Source of the DNA: an uncultured Planctomycetia bacterium
GTDB lineage: Bacteria; Omnitrophota; Gorgyraeia; Gorgyraeales; Gorgyraeaceae
Assembly (NCBI GenBank): GCA_964566255.1
Contig: CAZMID010000001.1
Location: 10,799-74,798 of the forward strand
Direction: 5' to 3'
Length of the DNA stretch: 64,000 bases
Shown: piece by piece, positions 46,719 through 56,176 of the stretch
How the letters are laid out: every line of letters starts with the position of its first letter
Position numbering within the stretch: the first letter of the stretch is position 1
Notes under the pieces: model-generated
The model's database searches: none
What the model was told of the DNA's origin: nothing
Seen by the model: the letters and a program-made list of their open reading frames with translations, nothing else
Program-made: the position numbers and the translations under genes

Positions 46719-47077
46719 TACCTCCTCCTTTCAACCTTGCCAGTTTTACTATTATATATGAATCTACGACCATATGGATCTATTGGATAACCTTCCTTAT
46801 CCTGTACCTGCTTTTCTAAGTACCTTCTGCCATATAAAGTACTTTCTTTTACTGTTCGGCACTTCTTATTAAGCTCTCTAATATCTTTTGGATAAGAACC
46901 TTCTAGTATCATATACAATTCTAATGAATATTTCAGATTTGTCAATTGATTTTCCAAAGCAACCTCTCTTGCCTCACTCAAATTCCTTACAAGATAGCTT
47001 GAAAAAATCCCTACAATAAGGCCTACTATTAAAATAATAAAGATTAATTCTAATATGCCTCTACCATACTGCATCAT
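46718..47077 (-). CDS. Small pilin-like protein with a degenerate prepilin motif.
   Basis: 119 aa. The N-terminus is RGILELIFIILIVGLIVGIF. The Glu is at +3 rather than +5 relative to the Gly. It lies between pilC and pilA. Confidence 0.3.
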   Translation of the reverse strand: MMQYGRGILELIFIILIVGLIVGIFSSYLVRNLSEAREVALENQLTNLKYSLELYMILEGSYPKDIRELNKKCRTVKESTLYGRRYLEKQVQDKEGYPIDPYGRRFIYNSKTGKVERRR

Positions 47078-48295
47078 TTAAGTCCTAAATAATGACATCA
47101 GATTCCACATAGGCAAGAATATTGCTAATGCAAGAATCAAGACTAGAATCCCTATAATAAATATTAAAATCGGCTCTATAAGAACTGTAAGGTTCCTGAC
47201 AGTATAATCTACTTGAGAATCATAATAGTCCGCTACCTTTAATAATAAGTCGTCTATTTTACCTGTCTCCTCTCCTATCTTAACCATCTGCATTACAATA
47301 CTAGGAAAAAGTCCACTTGCCTTCATTGGTTCTACCATGCCCTTGCCTTCATTGACAGCTTCTATAATATTTTCAATTGAATTCGAAACAATCTTATTGC
47401 CAATGCCTCCCTTAACAATACCAAGTGCATTCAATATAGGTATACCACTTGAAGAAAGCACAGAAGTCATTCTGCTAAACCTTGACATTGAAATCTTTAA
47501 AGTAAGTTCTCCAAAAATAGGAACTTTTAATTTAAAATTATCCCACAAGTATCTACCTTTTTTAGTGTTGATAAAATTCTTGAAAACTATAGCTAATCCA
47601 AATATTGCAAGAATTATAAGATACCAATAATGTACCAATATAAAATTTAAACCTAAAAGCATCCTTGTAGGAAGTGGGAGTTGGGCTTCAAATCTTGCAA
47701 AGAGAGCACTAAACTTAGGTATTATAAACATAACTGCCATAGGAAACGCCATGGAAATAGTCAATACAACCAATATCGGATATCGTGTTGCCTGCTTTAT
47801 CTTCATATTTACTTCCTGTTCGTGCTCAAGAAAATTCGCAAGCCTATCTAATACACTATCCAAGATACCGGCTGTCTCTCCTGCGCGTATCATATTTATA
47901 TAAACATCAGAGAATACTTTAGGAAATTTTGAAAGGGTTTCTGATAGGTTCTTTCCTGCTTCTATATCGCGGGCTATCTCATTAATAATACCTTTAAAAT
48001 ACGTATTACTAGTCTGTTCTTGTATAGATTCTAAACTAACAAGGATTGAAACCCCTGAACGCTGCAGTGTCATGAGCTGTCTTGTAAAAACAATCAGCTC
48101 AGCCAGTTTTACACTGTGAAAGATTTTCTCTAAAAGATTAATTTTATTTAATGTAAGATGATGTTCTTTGATGAGAATGGGTGCATAGCCCATTTTTTTG
48201 AAGTGAGTAGCGACTGTCTCTTTGGATTCTGATTCTATGGTGCCTGTAGAAGCCCGTCCGTACTTATCACGGATCTTATAGCGGAAATTAGGCAT
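47078..48295 (-). CDS. pilC: Type IV pilus inner-membrane platform protein (GspF/PilC family).
   Basis: 405 aa with two T2SS-F domains and three TM segments. Confidence 0.9.
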   Translation of the reverse strand: MPNFRYKIRDKYGRASTGTIESESKETVATHFKKMGYAPILIKEHHLTLNKINLLEKIFHSVKLAELIVFTRQLMTLQRSGVSILVSLESIQEQTSNTYFKGIINEIARDIEAGKNLSETLSKFPKVFSDVYINMIRAGETAGILDSVLDRLANFLEHEQEVNMKIKQATRYPILVVLTISMAFPMAVMFIIPKFSALFARFEAQLPLPTRMLLGLNFILVHYWYLIILAIFGLAIVFKNFINTKKGRYLWDNFKLKVPIFGELTLKISMSRFSRMTSVLSSSGIPILNALGIVKGGIGNKIVSNSIENIIEAVNEGKGMVEPMKASGLFPSIVMQMVKIGEETGKIDDLLLKVADYYDSQVDYTVRNLTVLIEPILIFIIGILVLILALAIFLPMWNLMSLFRT

Positions 48296-48297
48296 TA

Positions 48298-49971
48298 TTA
48301 CTCTTTTGTTATCTTAATTATCTCATCTATCGTGGTAATACCTTTTGAAACCTTCTCCAGTCCATCGTCATTCAATGTCTTCATGTCCATCTCAAGAGCC
48401 TTCTTCTTTATTACGTCACTCGAGGCCCTAGCAATAATCATTTTCCTGATTCCTTCATTGATTATTAGAAGCTCAAATACCCCGACTCTACCTTTATATC
48501 CTGTATCCTTACAATTCTTACAGCCTTTACCTCTAAATAATTTTTTAATATCTTTACCTGCAGATTTTAAGATCTCATCTGATGGCTTATAAGATTCCTT
48601 ACATTTTTCACAGACTTTTCTAACAAGTCTCTGGGCCAAGATCCCTATAACTGAACTTGAAATCAAAAATGGCTCCACACCCATATCCAAAAGCCTTGTC
48701 AAGGCTGTCGCAGCATCATTTGTATGTAAAGTACTAAAAACTAGATGTCCTGTTAGTGCTGCCTGAATAGAAATCTCGACTGTTTCCTTGTCTCTGATTT
48801 CTCCTACCATTATTATATCTGGATCTTGTCTTAAAATAGACTTAAGTCCTGTTGCAAATGTCAGGCCTGCCTTTGGATTTATTTGAGACTGTCTGATTCT
48901 ACCTAGATGATATTCAACAGGATCTTCTACAGTAATAATATTTTGCTCTTTTGAATCGATTGTAGAAAGAGCTGAATAAAGAGTGGTAGTTTTTCCGCTT
49001 CCAGTAGGTCCTGTAACAAGTATTATTCCATGAGGGTGCTTTATCAAAGATTCAAAATCTTTTTGCATCTTTTTAGAAAAACCTAAAATATCAAGGTCTA
49101 ATAAGACTGCTCCTTTATCTAAAATCCTTATTACTATATTTTCGCCATATATCGTAGGAAATGTAGAAACCCTCAAATCGATATCTCTATTTTCTACTTT
49201 TATATTAAACCTTCCATCTTGTGGTTTTCTTTTTTCTGCAATATCAATCTTAGAAAGAACCTTTATCCTGGATAAAAGTGCTGCTTCAAGATGCTTGGGT
49301 GGTGAAAACATCTCGTATAAAACACCATCTATTCTGAACCTAACCTTTAACACCCCTTCTTCTGGTTCTATATGTATATCACTGGCTCTTTCTTTTACTG
49401 CCTGCATAATTATTAGATTTACAAGTTTTATAACAGGTGCCTCATCTGCTATCTCAGCAAGTTTTTTAGTGTCTAACTCTACAGGTGCGATTTCTTTCTT
49501 TTTATCCTTACTGATATCTCTTATTACATCTTCAACTGAACCCTGTACGCCATAATACTGATCTATTGCACTTAATATAGCACTTTCACTTGCCAATACC
49601 GACTCTATCTCACATTTAGATTTACGACTCAAATCATCTATAGCCATAATATCTTTTGGATCTGCCATTGCTACAGTAACAGTATCTCCTATTTTAAAAA
49701 CAGGAATTGCTTTATGTTTACGTGCTACACTTTCTGATATGAGTTTTAATATATTGGCATCCACTAAGTAATTACTTAGATCGATATAAGGGACTTCTAA
49801 TGCCTCAGACATTGCCTGGGCATAATCATCTTCTGTAACTATGCCTGTTTTTACCAATAATTTACCAATAGGTATGCCTTTTTTCTTAGAATCTTCCTTG
49901 GCCTTTTTAATATGCTCTTCTGTAATAAAAGAACGTTCTAATAAAATTTGTTCTACAGTCTTTTTTGTCAT
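48298..49971 (-). CDS. pilB: Type IV pilus assembly ATPase (GspE/PilB family).
   Basis: 557 aa with Walker A GPTGSGKTTTLYS, Asp and His boxes and a tetracysteine motif CEKCKESY...CKNCKDTGYKGR. Confidence 0.9.
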   Translation of the reverse strand: MTKKTVEQILLERSFITEEHIKKAKEDSKKKGIPIGKLLVKTGIVTEDDYAQAMSEALEVPYIDLSNYLVDANILKLISESVARKHKAIPVFKIGDTVTVAMADPKDIMAIDDLSRKSKCEIESVLASESAILSAIDQYYGVQGSVEDVIRDISKDKKKEIAPVELDTKKLAEIADEAPVIKLVNLIIMQAVKERASDIHIEPEEGVLKVRFRIDGVLYEMFSPPKHLEAALLSRIKVLSKIDIAEKRKPQDGRFNIKVENRDIDLRVSTFPTIYGENIVIRILDKGAVLLDLDILGFSKKMQKDFESLIKHPHGIILVTGPTGSGKTTTLYSALSTIDSKEQNIITVEDPVEYHLGRIRQSQINPKAGLTFATGLKSILRQDPDIIMVGEIRDKETVEISIQAALTGHLVFSTLHTNDAATALTRLLDMGVEPFLISSSVIGILAQRLVRKVCEKCKESYKPSDEILKSAGKDIKKLFRGKGCKNCKDTGYKGRVGVFELLIINEGIRKMIIARASSDVIKKKALEMDMKTLNDDGLEKVSKGITTIDEIIKITKE

Positions 49972-49973
49972 AT

Positions 49974-50342
49974 CTATCCTAATAACTCCTTTATCTTTTG
50001 TACTAGTTCCTGAGGTTCAAATGGTTTTGTTATATGAGCATCTGAACCTACCTGTTTACTTAATTCTTCATCTTTTTCTTGTGCACGCGCAGTAAACATA
50101 ATAATAGGTATTGACTTATAATCCTTATTAGCCTTAAGAGTCCTACAAACCTCAAACCCATCCATCTTAGGAAGCATCAGATCTAAAATTATAAGATCTG
50201 GCTTGATAGATTTTGCCTTTTTTAAGGCGTCTTCTCCATCTCCGGCCTCAGTCACATCATAGTTTAATGCCTCAAGGCGGAATTTCAACATTTTTCTTAA
50301 ATCTTCTTCATCATCTACTAAAAGTATTCTCTTCTTATCCAT
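49974..50342 (-). CDS. Stand-alone CheY-like response regulator receiver protein (PilH/PilG-like position).
   Basis: 122 aa with a DD acidic pocket, the phospho-acceptor D in LIILDLMLP and the K in the ITKPF context. Confidence 0.85.
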   Translation of the reverse strand: MDKKRILLVDDEEDLRKMLKFRLEALNYDVTEAGDGEDALKKAKSIKPDLIILDLMLPKMDGFEVCRTLKANKDYKSIPIIMFTARAQEKDEELSKQVGSDAHITKPFEPQELVQKIKELLG

Positions 50343-50354
50343 AACTTACCCCTT

Positions 50355-50921
50355 TTAAGTTAAATATTCTGATATGGCTTTTTCCCATAAACCTTGAGAT
50401 TTAAGTATAATCTCTATAAGTTCTCTTACTGCTCCCTTCCCACCTTGCTTTTTAGTGATATAATGAGCAGATTTTTTTACTTCTTCTACTGCATTAGGGG
50501 GTGCAACTGAAAAACCAACCCTTTTTATTATAGGTAGATCTAAAAGGTCATCTCCCATAAAACAAACTTCATCGTCTTTTACTTTGAATTTATTAAGTAC
50601 GCTTTTATAAATCTTTAGCTTTTTATGATCTGAATAGACTGCTGAAACTTTCATCTCGGCCGCCCTATGCTTAACAATTCTTGTTTTCTTTGCAGTAATA
50701 ATTACTGATTTTATACCTATCCTATTAAGAAGGATCATACCAAAACCATCATTTACATTAAAACATTTTAATTCATCCCCAAAATTGTCGTAAATTATGC
50801 GTCCATCTGTAAGAACACCGTCTACATCTAATATTAATAACTTTACTTTTTGTGCGCGCTCTTCAATCATACAAGCCCTGCCTTTAAAAGGTCCTGGACA
50901 TCTACTATACCTATGGCACAA
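50355..50921 (-). CDS. kdsC: 3-deoxy-D-manno-octulosonate 8-phosphate phosphatase. The likely start is the internal ATG at ~50870 (MIEERAQ...).
   Basis: HAD YrbI-type motifs LLILDVDGVLTDGRI and GDDLLDLP. The track start overlaps kdsD by 55 nt, and the internal start would give a 4-nt overlap. Confidence 0.85.
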   Translation of the reverse strand: MCHRYSRCPGPFKGRACMIEERAQKVKLLILDVDGVLTDGRIIYDNFGDELKCFNVNDGFGMILLNRIGIKSVIITAKKTRIVKHRAAEMKVSAVYSDHKKLKIYKSVLNKFKVKDDEVCFMGDDLLDLPIIKRVGFSVAPPNAVEEVKKSAHYITKKQGGKGAVRELIEIILKSQGLWEKAISEYLT

Positions 50922-51826
50922 CCTTTATCATCTACTATAGGAATCTCATCTATCTTATTTTCTCGTAAAATCCTTAGTGCCTCAACTGCAAGACATCCTT
51001 TTTTAAGTGTTTTGGGTCTTTTTGTCATTACATCTTTAACTTTTCTTCTTGAAAGATCAGGGTCTTCTTCTAAATGCCTTCTTAAATCTCCATCTGTAAA
51101 AACGCCTTTTAATTTCTTTTTTCCATCTATAACTGTAGCACTTCCTGCCCTAGCAGCAGTAATTGCTAAAAGGACGTCTTTTACCTTACAATTTTCTTTT
51201 ACAAGAGGATTTGCATTGCCTTTTCTCATTATATCTTCTACCTTTAAAAGAAGCTGTTTTCCAAGATTCCCACCTGGATGAAGAAATGCAAAATCACTTC
51301 TTTTGAACCCTCTTTTATCCATCAATGCAGCACACAGGGCATCCCCCATCGCAAGCATTGTAGTCGTACTTGCCATAGGTGCAAGCTGCAATGGACAGGC
51401 CTCTTTTTTTATTGAAACATCGAGCGTTGCATCACTATTTTTGGCAAGTGTTGAAGAGGTATTTCCTGTTATTGCAATCAGTTTTGAGCCAATCTTTTTT
51501 ATATGAGGGATTAATCTTATGATTTCTTCTGTTTCGCCACTATTTGAGATGGCAATTAAAATATCTTCTTTTCTTACTCTACCCAAGTCACCATGAATTG
51601 CCTCTACAGCATGAAGCCATAAACTAGGCGTACCAGTAGATGAAAGAGTTGCAGAGATCTTTTGACCTACGATGCCAGCCTTACCCATACCTGTTACAAC
51701 CACTCTTCCTTTAGACGAAAAAATAAGTCTAACTGCCTTCTCAAAATCTTTATTTATTCGTGAAGATAGCTGTTTTATGGATTCGGATTCTATTTTTAAA
51801 ACTTGTTTTGCGCGTTTTTTTAGCAT
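50867..51826 (-). CDS. kdsD: Arabinose-5-phosphate isomerase (SIS domain plus a CBS pair).
   Basis: 319 aa with SIS motifs (VVVTGMGKAGIVGQKISATLSSTGTPS) and C-terminal CBS domains. Confidence 0.9.
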   Translation of the reverse strand: MLKKRAKQVLKIESESIKQLSSRINKDFEKAVRLIFSSKGRVVVTGMGKAGIVGQKISATLSSTGTPSLWLHAVEAIHGDLGRVRKEDILIAISNSGETEEIIRLIPHIKKIGSKLIAITGNTSSTLAKNSDATLDVSIKKEACPLQLAPMASTTTMLAMGDALCAALMDKRGFKRSDFAFLHPGGNLGKQLLLKVEDIMRKGNANPLVKENCKVKDVLLAITAARAGSATVIDGKKKLKGVFTDGDLRRHLEEDPDLSRRKVKDVMTKRPKTLKKGCLAVEALRILRENKIDEIPIVDDKGCAIGIVDVQDLLKAGLV

Positions 51827-52641
51827 TTTGTAATTTTATCTATTTTTTTGATGTCTTTTAATAGTTTTTTAAGTGCATCCAGCGTAATCATATTAGGACC
51901 ATCACAAGGTGCCTTATCCGGATCTTTATGAACCTCTAAAAATAAACCGTCACAACCCATTGCTACAGCTGCACGCGAAAGACCAGGTACGAATTTACGT
52001 TCTCCGCCGGAAGATTCACCTTCGCCTCCAGGTAACTGTACACTATGCGTTGCATCATAAATAACAGGGTAATCAAACTTACTTAATATTTCCAAAGATC
52101 TCATATCACTAACAAGATTATTGTAACCAAACATCGTGCCGCGCTCTGTAATGATAATATTTTTATTCCCGGTCGATTCTATCTTCTCTATGATATTACC
52201 AATATCCCATGGTGCCAAGAACTGACCTTTTTTAATATTTACTATTTTCTTTGTCTTTGCAACTTCTACAATAAAATCAGTCTGCCTACATAAAAATGCG
52301 GGTATTTGAATAATATCTAAAACCTTTTTTGCCTTATCTAGTTCAGTCTTACAATGAACATCACTTAATATAGGAATATCTAAATCCTTTTTGATCTTTG
52401 CTAAAATCTCTAAACCTTCATCAATCCCTGGCCCCCTGAATGAATTCATGTTAGAACGATTTGCCTTATCATAACTTGTTTTAAATATAAAACCTATATC
52501 TTCTTTTTTACAAATCTCTCTTATTAACTTTGCATGCTCTAAAGAATGTGAGCTACTTTCTATTACACAAGGCCCTGCAATTAAAATAATAGGATTTTTA
52601 CTGCCTAGTTTTATATTTTTTATTTTTATCTCTTTAGTCAT
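51820..52641 (-). CDS. kdsA: 2-dehydro-3-deoxyphosphooctonate aldolase (Kdo-8-P synthase).
   Basis: 273 aa with ILIAGPCVIES and a DAHP-synthase-I-family fold, including a C...H...E...D metal site (CRQTD, HSVQLPGG). Confidence 0.95.
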   Translation of the reverse strand: MTKEIKIKNIKLGSKNPIILIAGPCVIESSSHSLEHAKLIREICKKEDIGFIFKTSYDKANRSNMNSFRGPGIDEGLEILAKIKKDLDIPILSDVHCKTELDKAKKVLDIIQIPAFLCRQTDFIVEVAKTKKIVNIKKGQFLAPWDIGNIIEKIESTGNKNIIITERGTMFGYNNLVSDMRSLEILSKFDYPVIYDATHSVQLPGGEGESSGGERKFVPGLSRAAVAMGCDGLFLEVHKDPDKAPCDGPNMITLDALKKLLKDIKKIDKITKC

Positions 52642-52649
52642 CTTATCCT

Positions 52650-53399
52650 TTATAAGAAACTAAGTTGTTCTGAATTCTTCATTACTTCGACTGCCTTCTT
52701 TAAATCCTCTGGTGTATCTATACCAATTGTATCAAATTTTGTTTCTAATACTTTTATTTTATATCCATTCTCAATTACTCTCAGTTGTTCTAACTTTTCA
52801 TTCTTCTCTAGCTTTGTCTGAGGAAGACTCCTAAATGTCAAAAGAAAATCCTTAGTATAAGCATAAAGTCCTATATGTTTATAACAACTTGTCACTCGAG
52901 TCTCATGCTTTAATGCATATGGAATTGGTGCTCTAGAAAAATATAATGCAAAACCATATCTATCTCTAACTACCTTTACTACATTCGGATCTACGATTTC
53001 ATATAGATCTTTAATTTTATGACAAAGCGTTGTCATGTAAATATTCTTATCTTTTAATATAGGAAAAACAACATCGTCTATCATACTGGGATGGATAAAT
53101 GGCTCATCTGCCTGGATATTTACAATAACCTTTGCTTCAATTGAATTGGCTACCTCAGTAAGTCTATCTGAACCACTCTTATGGGCTTGGGATGTATATA
53201 CAGACTTTGCACCAAAACCTCTTGCCGTCCTATATATACGTTTATCATCAGTAGCTATTATAAGGTCTTCTATTGATTTTGACTTTTTGGCGTTTTCCCA
53301 AGTGTGTTGAATAACCGGTTTTCCACAGAGATCTCCTAAAAGCTTTCCTTCGAATCTAACTGAACCATATCGCGCTGGGATTATTCCTACAGCATTCAT
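52650..53399 (-). CDS. kdsB: 3-deoxy-manno-octulosonate cytidylyltransferase (CMP-Kdo synthetase).
   Basis: 249 aa with an N-terminal VGIIPARYGSVRFEGKLL motif. Confidence 0.9.
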   Translation of the reverse strand: MNAVGIIPARYGSVRFEGKLLGDLCGKPVIQHTWENAKKSKSIEDLIIATDDKRIYRTARGFGAKSVYTSQAHKSGSDRLTEVANSIEAKVIVNIQADEPFIHPSMIDDVVFPILKDKNIYMTTLCHKIKDLYEIVDPNVVKVVRDRYGFALYFSRAPIPYALKHETRVTSCYKHIGLYAYTKDFLLTFRSLPQTKLEKNEKLEQLRVIENGYKIKVLETKFDTIGIDTPEDLKKAVEVMKNSEQLSFL

Positions 53400-54370
53400 T
53401 TTATCCTCGCTAAAAGTTCTTTTTGAGTTAATACAGATATTCCAACTTTACCCACTGCAATCCCTGCTGCAATATTTGAGATATAGGCTGCATCCAGCAT
53501 ACTTGCATTAGAACTAAGTGCTAAGGTAAAAACACTAATTACTGTATCGCCTGCACCCGATACATCATATACTTCTTGCGCAACTGTAGGGATATGCGTA
53601 ACAGTACCTTTTTTCTCAAAAAGCTGCATACCATCTTCGCCTAATGTCACAAGAACCGCTTCACATTTCAATTTATTAAGTAAGATTTTACCTACTTTAT
53701 TAAGGCTATCTTCTTTAATCTTCAAACCTATCGCCTGATGAGCCTCATGATGATTCGGAGTAATAGTTGTTACATTCTTATAATAATGAAAATGTTCTTC
53801 TTTAGGATCGACATTTACTATCTTTTTATGCTTTTTGGCTAATTTTAATACACCCTCTAAAAGATGAGGCGTAACAACACCTTTTCCATAATCCTCTATT
53901 ATAATTGCATCTATTTCATTTATAATCATTTTAACATAATCTATTATTTCATCAATCGGTCCTCTATTTATACCGTGCATTTTTTCTTTATCAATCCTTA
54001 CGACCTGCTGTTTATGCGCAATGACCCTTGTTTTAAGTGTGGTGGGTCTTTCTTCATCTATAATTATGCCACTCACATCTATGCCCTTATCTCTTAGTTC
54101 ATCCGTAAGAATTCTTCCTCTTTCATCCATACCTACAACACCTGCTAAATGCACTTCTGCACCAAGGGCTTTTATATTATTGGCGACATTTGCAGCACCA
54201 CCTGGCATAAAAGATTCTGAACGTACCCATACTACAGGAACAGGTGCCTCAGGAGAAATCCTTGATACATCACCCCATAAAAATTCATCAAGTATCAAGT
54301 CTCCTATTATAAGGACTCTTGCCTTTGAGAATTTATTTATAATTTTTCTGAACTTTTCTTTTTTCTTCAT
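53396..54370 (-). CDS. PfkB-family D-glycero-beta-D-manno-heptose-7-phosphate kinase-like protein. This is HldE domain I only.
   Basis: 324 aa. ARVLIIGDLILDEFLWGDVSRISPEAPVPVV and C-terminal DVSGAGDT are ribokinase/HldE-kinase signatures. Confidence 0.75.
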   Translation of the reverse strand: MKKKEKFRKIINKFSKARVLIIGDLILDEFLWGDVSRISPEAPVPVVWVRSESFMPGGAANVANNIKALGAEVHLAGVVGMDERGRILTDELRDKGIDVSGIIIDEERPTTLKTRVIAHKQQVVRIDKEKMHGINRGPIDEIIDYVKMIINEIDAIIIEDYGKGVVTPHLLEGVLKLAKKHKKIVNVDPKEEHFHYYKNVTTITPNHHEAHQAIGLKIKEDSLNKVGKILLNKLKCEAVLVTLGEDGMQLFEKKGTVTHIPTVAQEVYDVSGAGDTVISVFTLALSSNASMLDAAYISNIAAGIAVGKVGISVLTQKELLARIK

Positions 54371-55318
54371 CTAAATCTTCTCAATAATAGATTGCGCTAA
54401 AAGCGGTATCATTATTTCATGATGACCAATGATAGTATATCCCTTCCCACCAGAATGTACTGGACGCTTCACTACATTTTGATAAGGCCTATAATGATTT
54501 ATCATATCAAAATTACATGCGGTAAAATTTTTGATGTTATAGCCGAGGTTTCGCGCAACATTCAATGCCTTTAAAAATACTTCTGGAAGAATTACAGAAG
54601 AGCCTATATTTAATACCACGCCTCCATCTCCAAGACCAGAGACTACCTCTATAAAATTGTGAAAATCCTTCAACGATGACGCACCTAGATCCGAACCATT
54701 ACAGCTTGGATGCTGATGTATAATATCAGTACCTATAGCAACGTGTATAGTAGCTGCAATATCTTCTTTAACTGAATTAAATAAAAGGCTTAAGTGTTTA
54801 AAAGGGAGTTTTTCTTCTTTTATCAGTTGTCCTATAGCCTCTCCCATGCCAATGTCTTTTTTTACTGCTTTTCTAATTGCGCCATTCAAATATAATCCAG
54901 TCTCTTTTGCCATGCCAAAACTTCCATCTTCAAGGGATTTACCAACATCCTCTGAGGTCTTACCAATAAGGGCAATTTCAAAATCATGTATGGCGCCAGA
55001 ACCATTAAGCGCAAGTGCTGTAATTACCTTTTTCTTTATAAGTTCTATTATTACTGGATTAAGGCCACATTTAATCACATGAGAACCCATCATAAGTATG
55101 ACAGGTTTTTTCTTTTTGTGTGCACTACAAATACTATCCACAACCTCTCTAAAACTATTGCCAGTAAGTATATTAGGAAAACCCTCGTAGAATTTAGAAA
55201 AACTCATTCCTTTAGAGGGAACTTTCGAAAAATCCTGATATCTAACCTTATTCTTCCTCTTAGATATAGGATAAGTACTTAATTTATTAAGATCTATCTT
55301 AGACTTATTCTTAGGCAT
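54371..55318 (-). CDS. Hypothetical protein, possibly deoxyhypusine-synthase-like Rossmann fold.
   Basis: 315 aa. The segment ILMMGSHVIKCGLNPVIIELIKKKVITALALNGSGAIHDFEIAL resembles the DHS core (TSNLISSG...VDVLVTTAGG.EED), with weak identity. Confidence 0.3.
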   Translation of the reverse strand: MPKNKSKIDLNKLSTYPISKRKNKVRYQDFSKVPSKGMSFSKFYEGFPNILTGNSFREVVDSICSAHKKKKPVILMMGSHVIKCGLNPVIIELIKKKVITALALNGSGAIHDFEIALIGKTSEDVGKSLEDGSFGMAKETGLYLNGAIRKAVKKDIGMGEAIGQLIKEEKLPFKHLSLLFNSVKEDIAATIHVAIGTDIIHQHPSCNGSDLGASSLKDFHNFIEVVSGLGDGGVVLNIGSSVILPEVFLKALNVARNLGYNIKNFTACNFDMINHYRPYQNVVKRPVHSGGKGYTIIGHHEIMIPLLAQSIIEKI

Positions 55319-55357
55319 ATATTACCCCTTTTGGGTATTTGGAGCATTTTAGCATTA

Positions 55358-56176
55358 TTAATCTAGAGTGTCAAGATTCTCTATTTTTTGAAGCGTTATA
55401 GTAATAGCACCAACTAATGGTATCCTGGTTGTTGTAACTAAAAGAGGTATCCTCCTTTCGTCAGCTGAAAGCCATATAGTAGCCTTTGCTTTTCTTCTTA
55501 TCTTCCCCTGAAACCATGGAAGTGGCTCTACCATAAATGCCTTCCACTGGCCAACGCCTTTAATATTCACAATACCTTTTCTTCTTATCTTTGCCTCTAA
55601 AAGATAATTATTTTCATCCACATTAACATTGGCAAATACAGATTTATTGCCATTTAACTTCTGTAATCTAAAATAATATAAAGAACTCAATGGATCCAAG
55701 ACCTTTTTAGGAATATCAAATTCTTTTTTGCCATCATTAAGCCTGGAAAAATAGAAAGCCTTGCCTTTTTCCTGATCAAAGTCTGTATATTCATCTGCCA
55801 TGTACCCGCCTTCCCTCTGGCGCTTCTCAAATCTTACAGGATAAAGCGTTTCCGTATCAATATAGGTGGATATCTCATCTCTAACTTTATATATCTTTGA
55901 TATTAAAGGTGCGCTTCCAGCTGTACCAACAATATGATAGACTTGATGACCTTTTAACTCGGTAATTTCCTTAACATATAAACTTACAGTCCCTACATTT
56001 AAACCCAACCATTCTGTTTTATATGTAAATTTTTCCCCTACCTGTAACTCTTTAAGAGGTGGAGAGATTTCAATTTTCTCTCCTCTACCAAAAATCCTAT
56101 ATCTTCCTAGTGAACCGCATCCTGATATAAATAAAATTGATATAAAGATTAATAAATATAATCCCATTTTTTTCAT
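55358..56176 (-). CDS. Hypothetical lipoprotein.
   Basis: 272 aa with a signal peptide and lipobox FISGCGS. No catalytic motif recognised. Confidence 0.4.
   Translation of the reverse strand: MKKMGLYLLIFISILFISGCGSLGRYRIFGRGEKIEISPPLKELQVGEKFTYKTEWLGLNVGTVSLYVKEITELKGHQVYHIVGTAGSAPLISKIYKVRDEISTYIDTETLYPVRFEKRQREGGYMADEYTDFDQEKGKAFYFSRLNDGKKEFDIPKKVLDPLSSLYYFRLQKLNGNKSVFANVNVDENNYLLEAKIRRKGIVNIKGVGQWKAFMVEPLPWFQGKIRRKAKATIWLSADERRIPLLVTTTRIPLVGAITITLQKIENLDTLD

Noticed and set aside
50867-50921. Apparent 55-nt kdsC/kdsD overlap, 50-nt pilX/minor-pilin overlap (42490-42539) and 49-nt GT9/GT9 overlap (58151-58199).
   Set aside because: These are artefacts of longest-ORF start calling. Internal ATG starts (MIEERAQ for kdsC, MKINSKG for pilX, MKILF for the GT9 at 57207-58199) give ordinary 4-nt overlaps.
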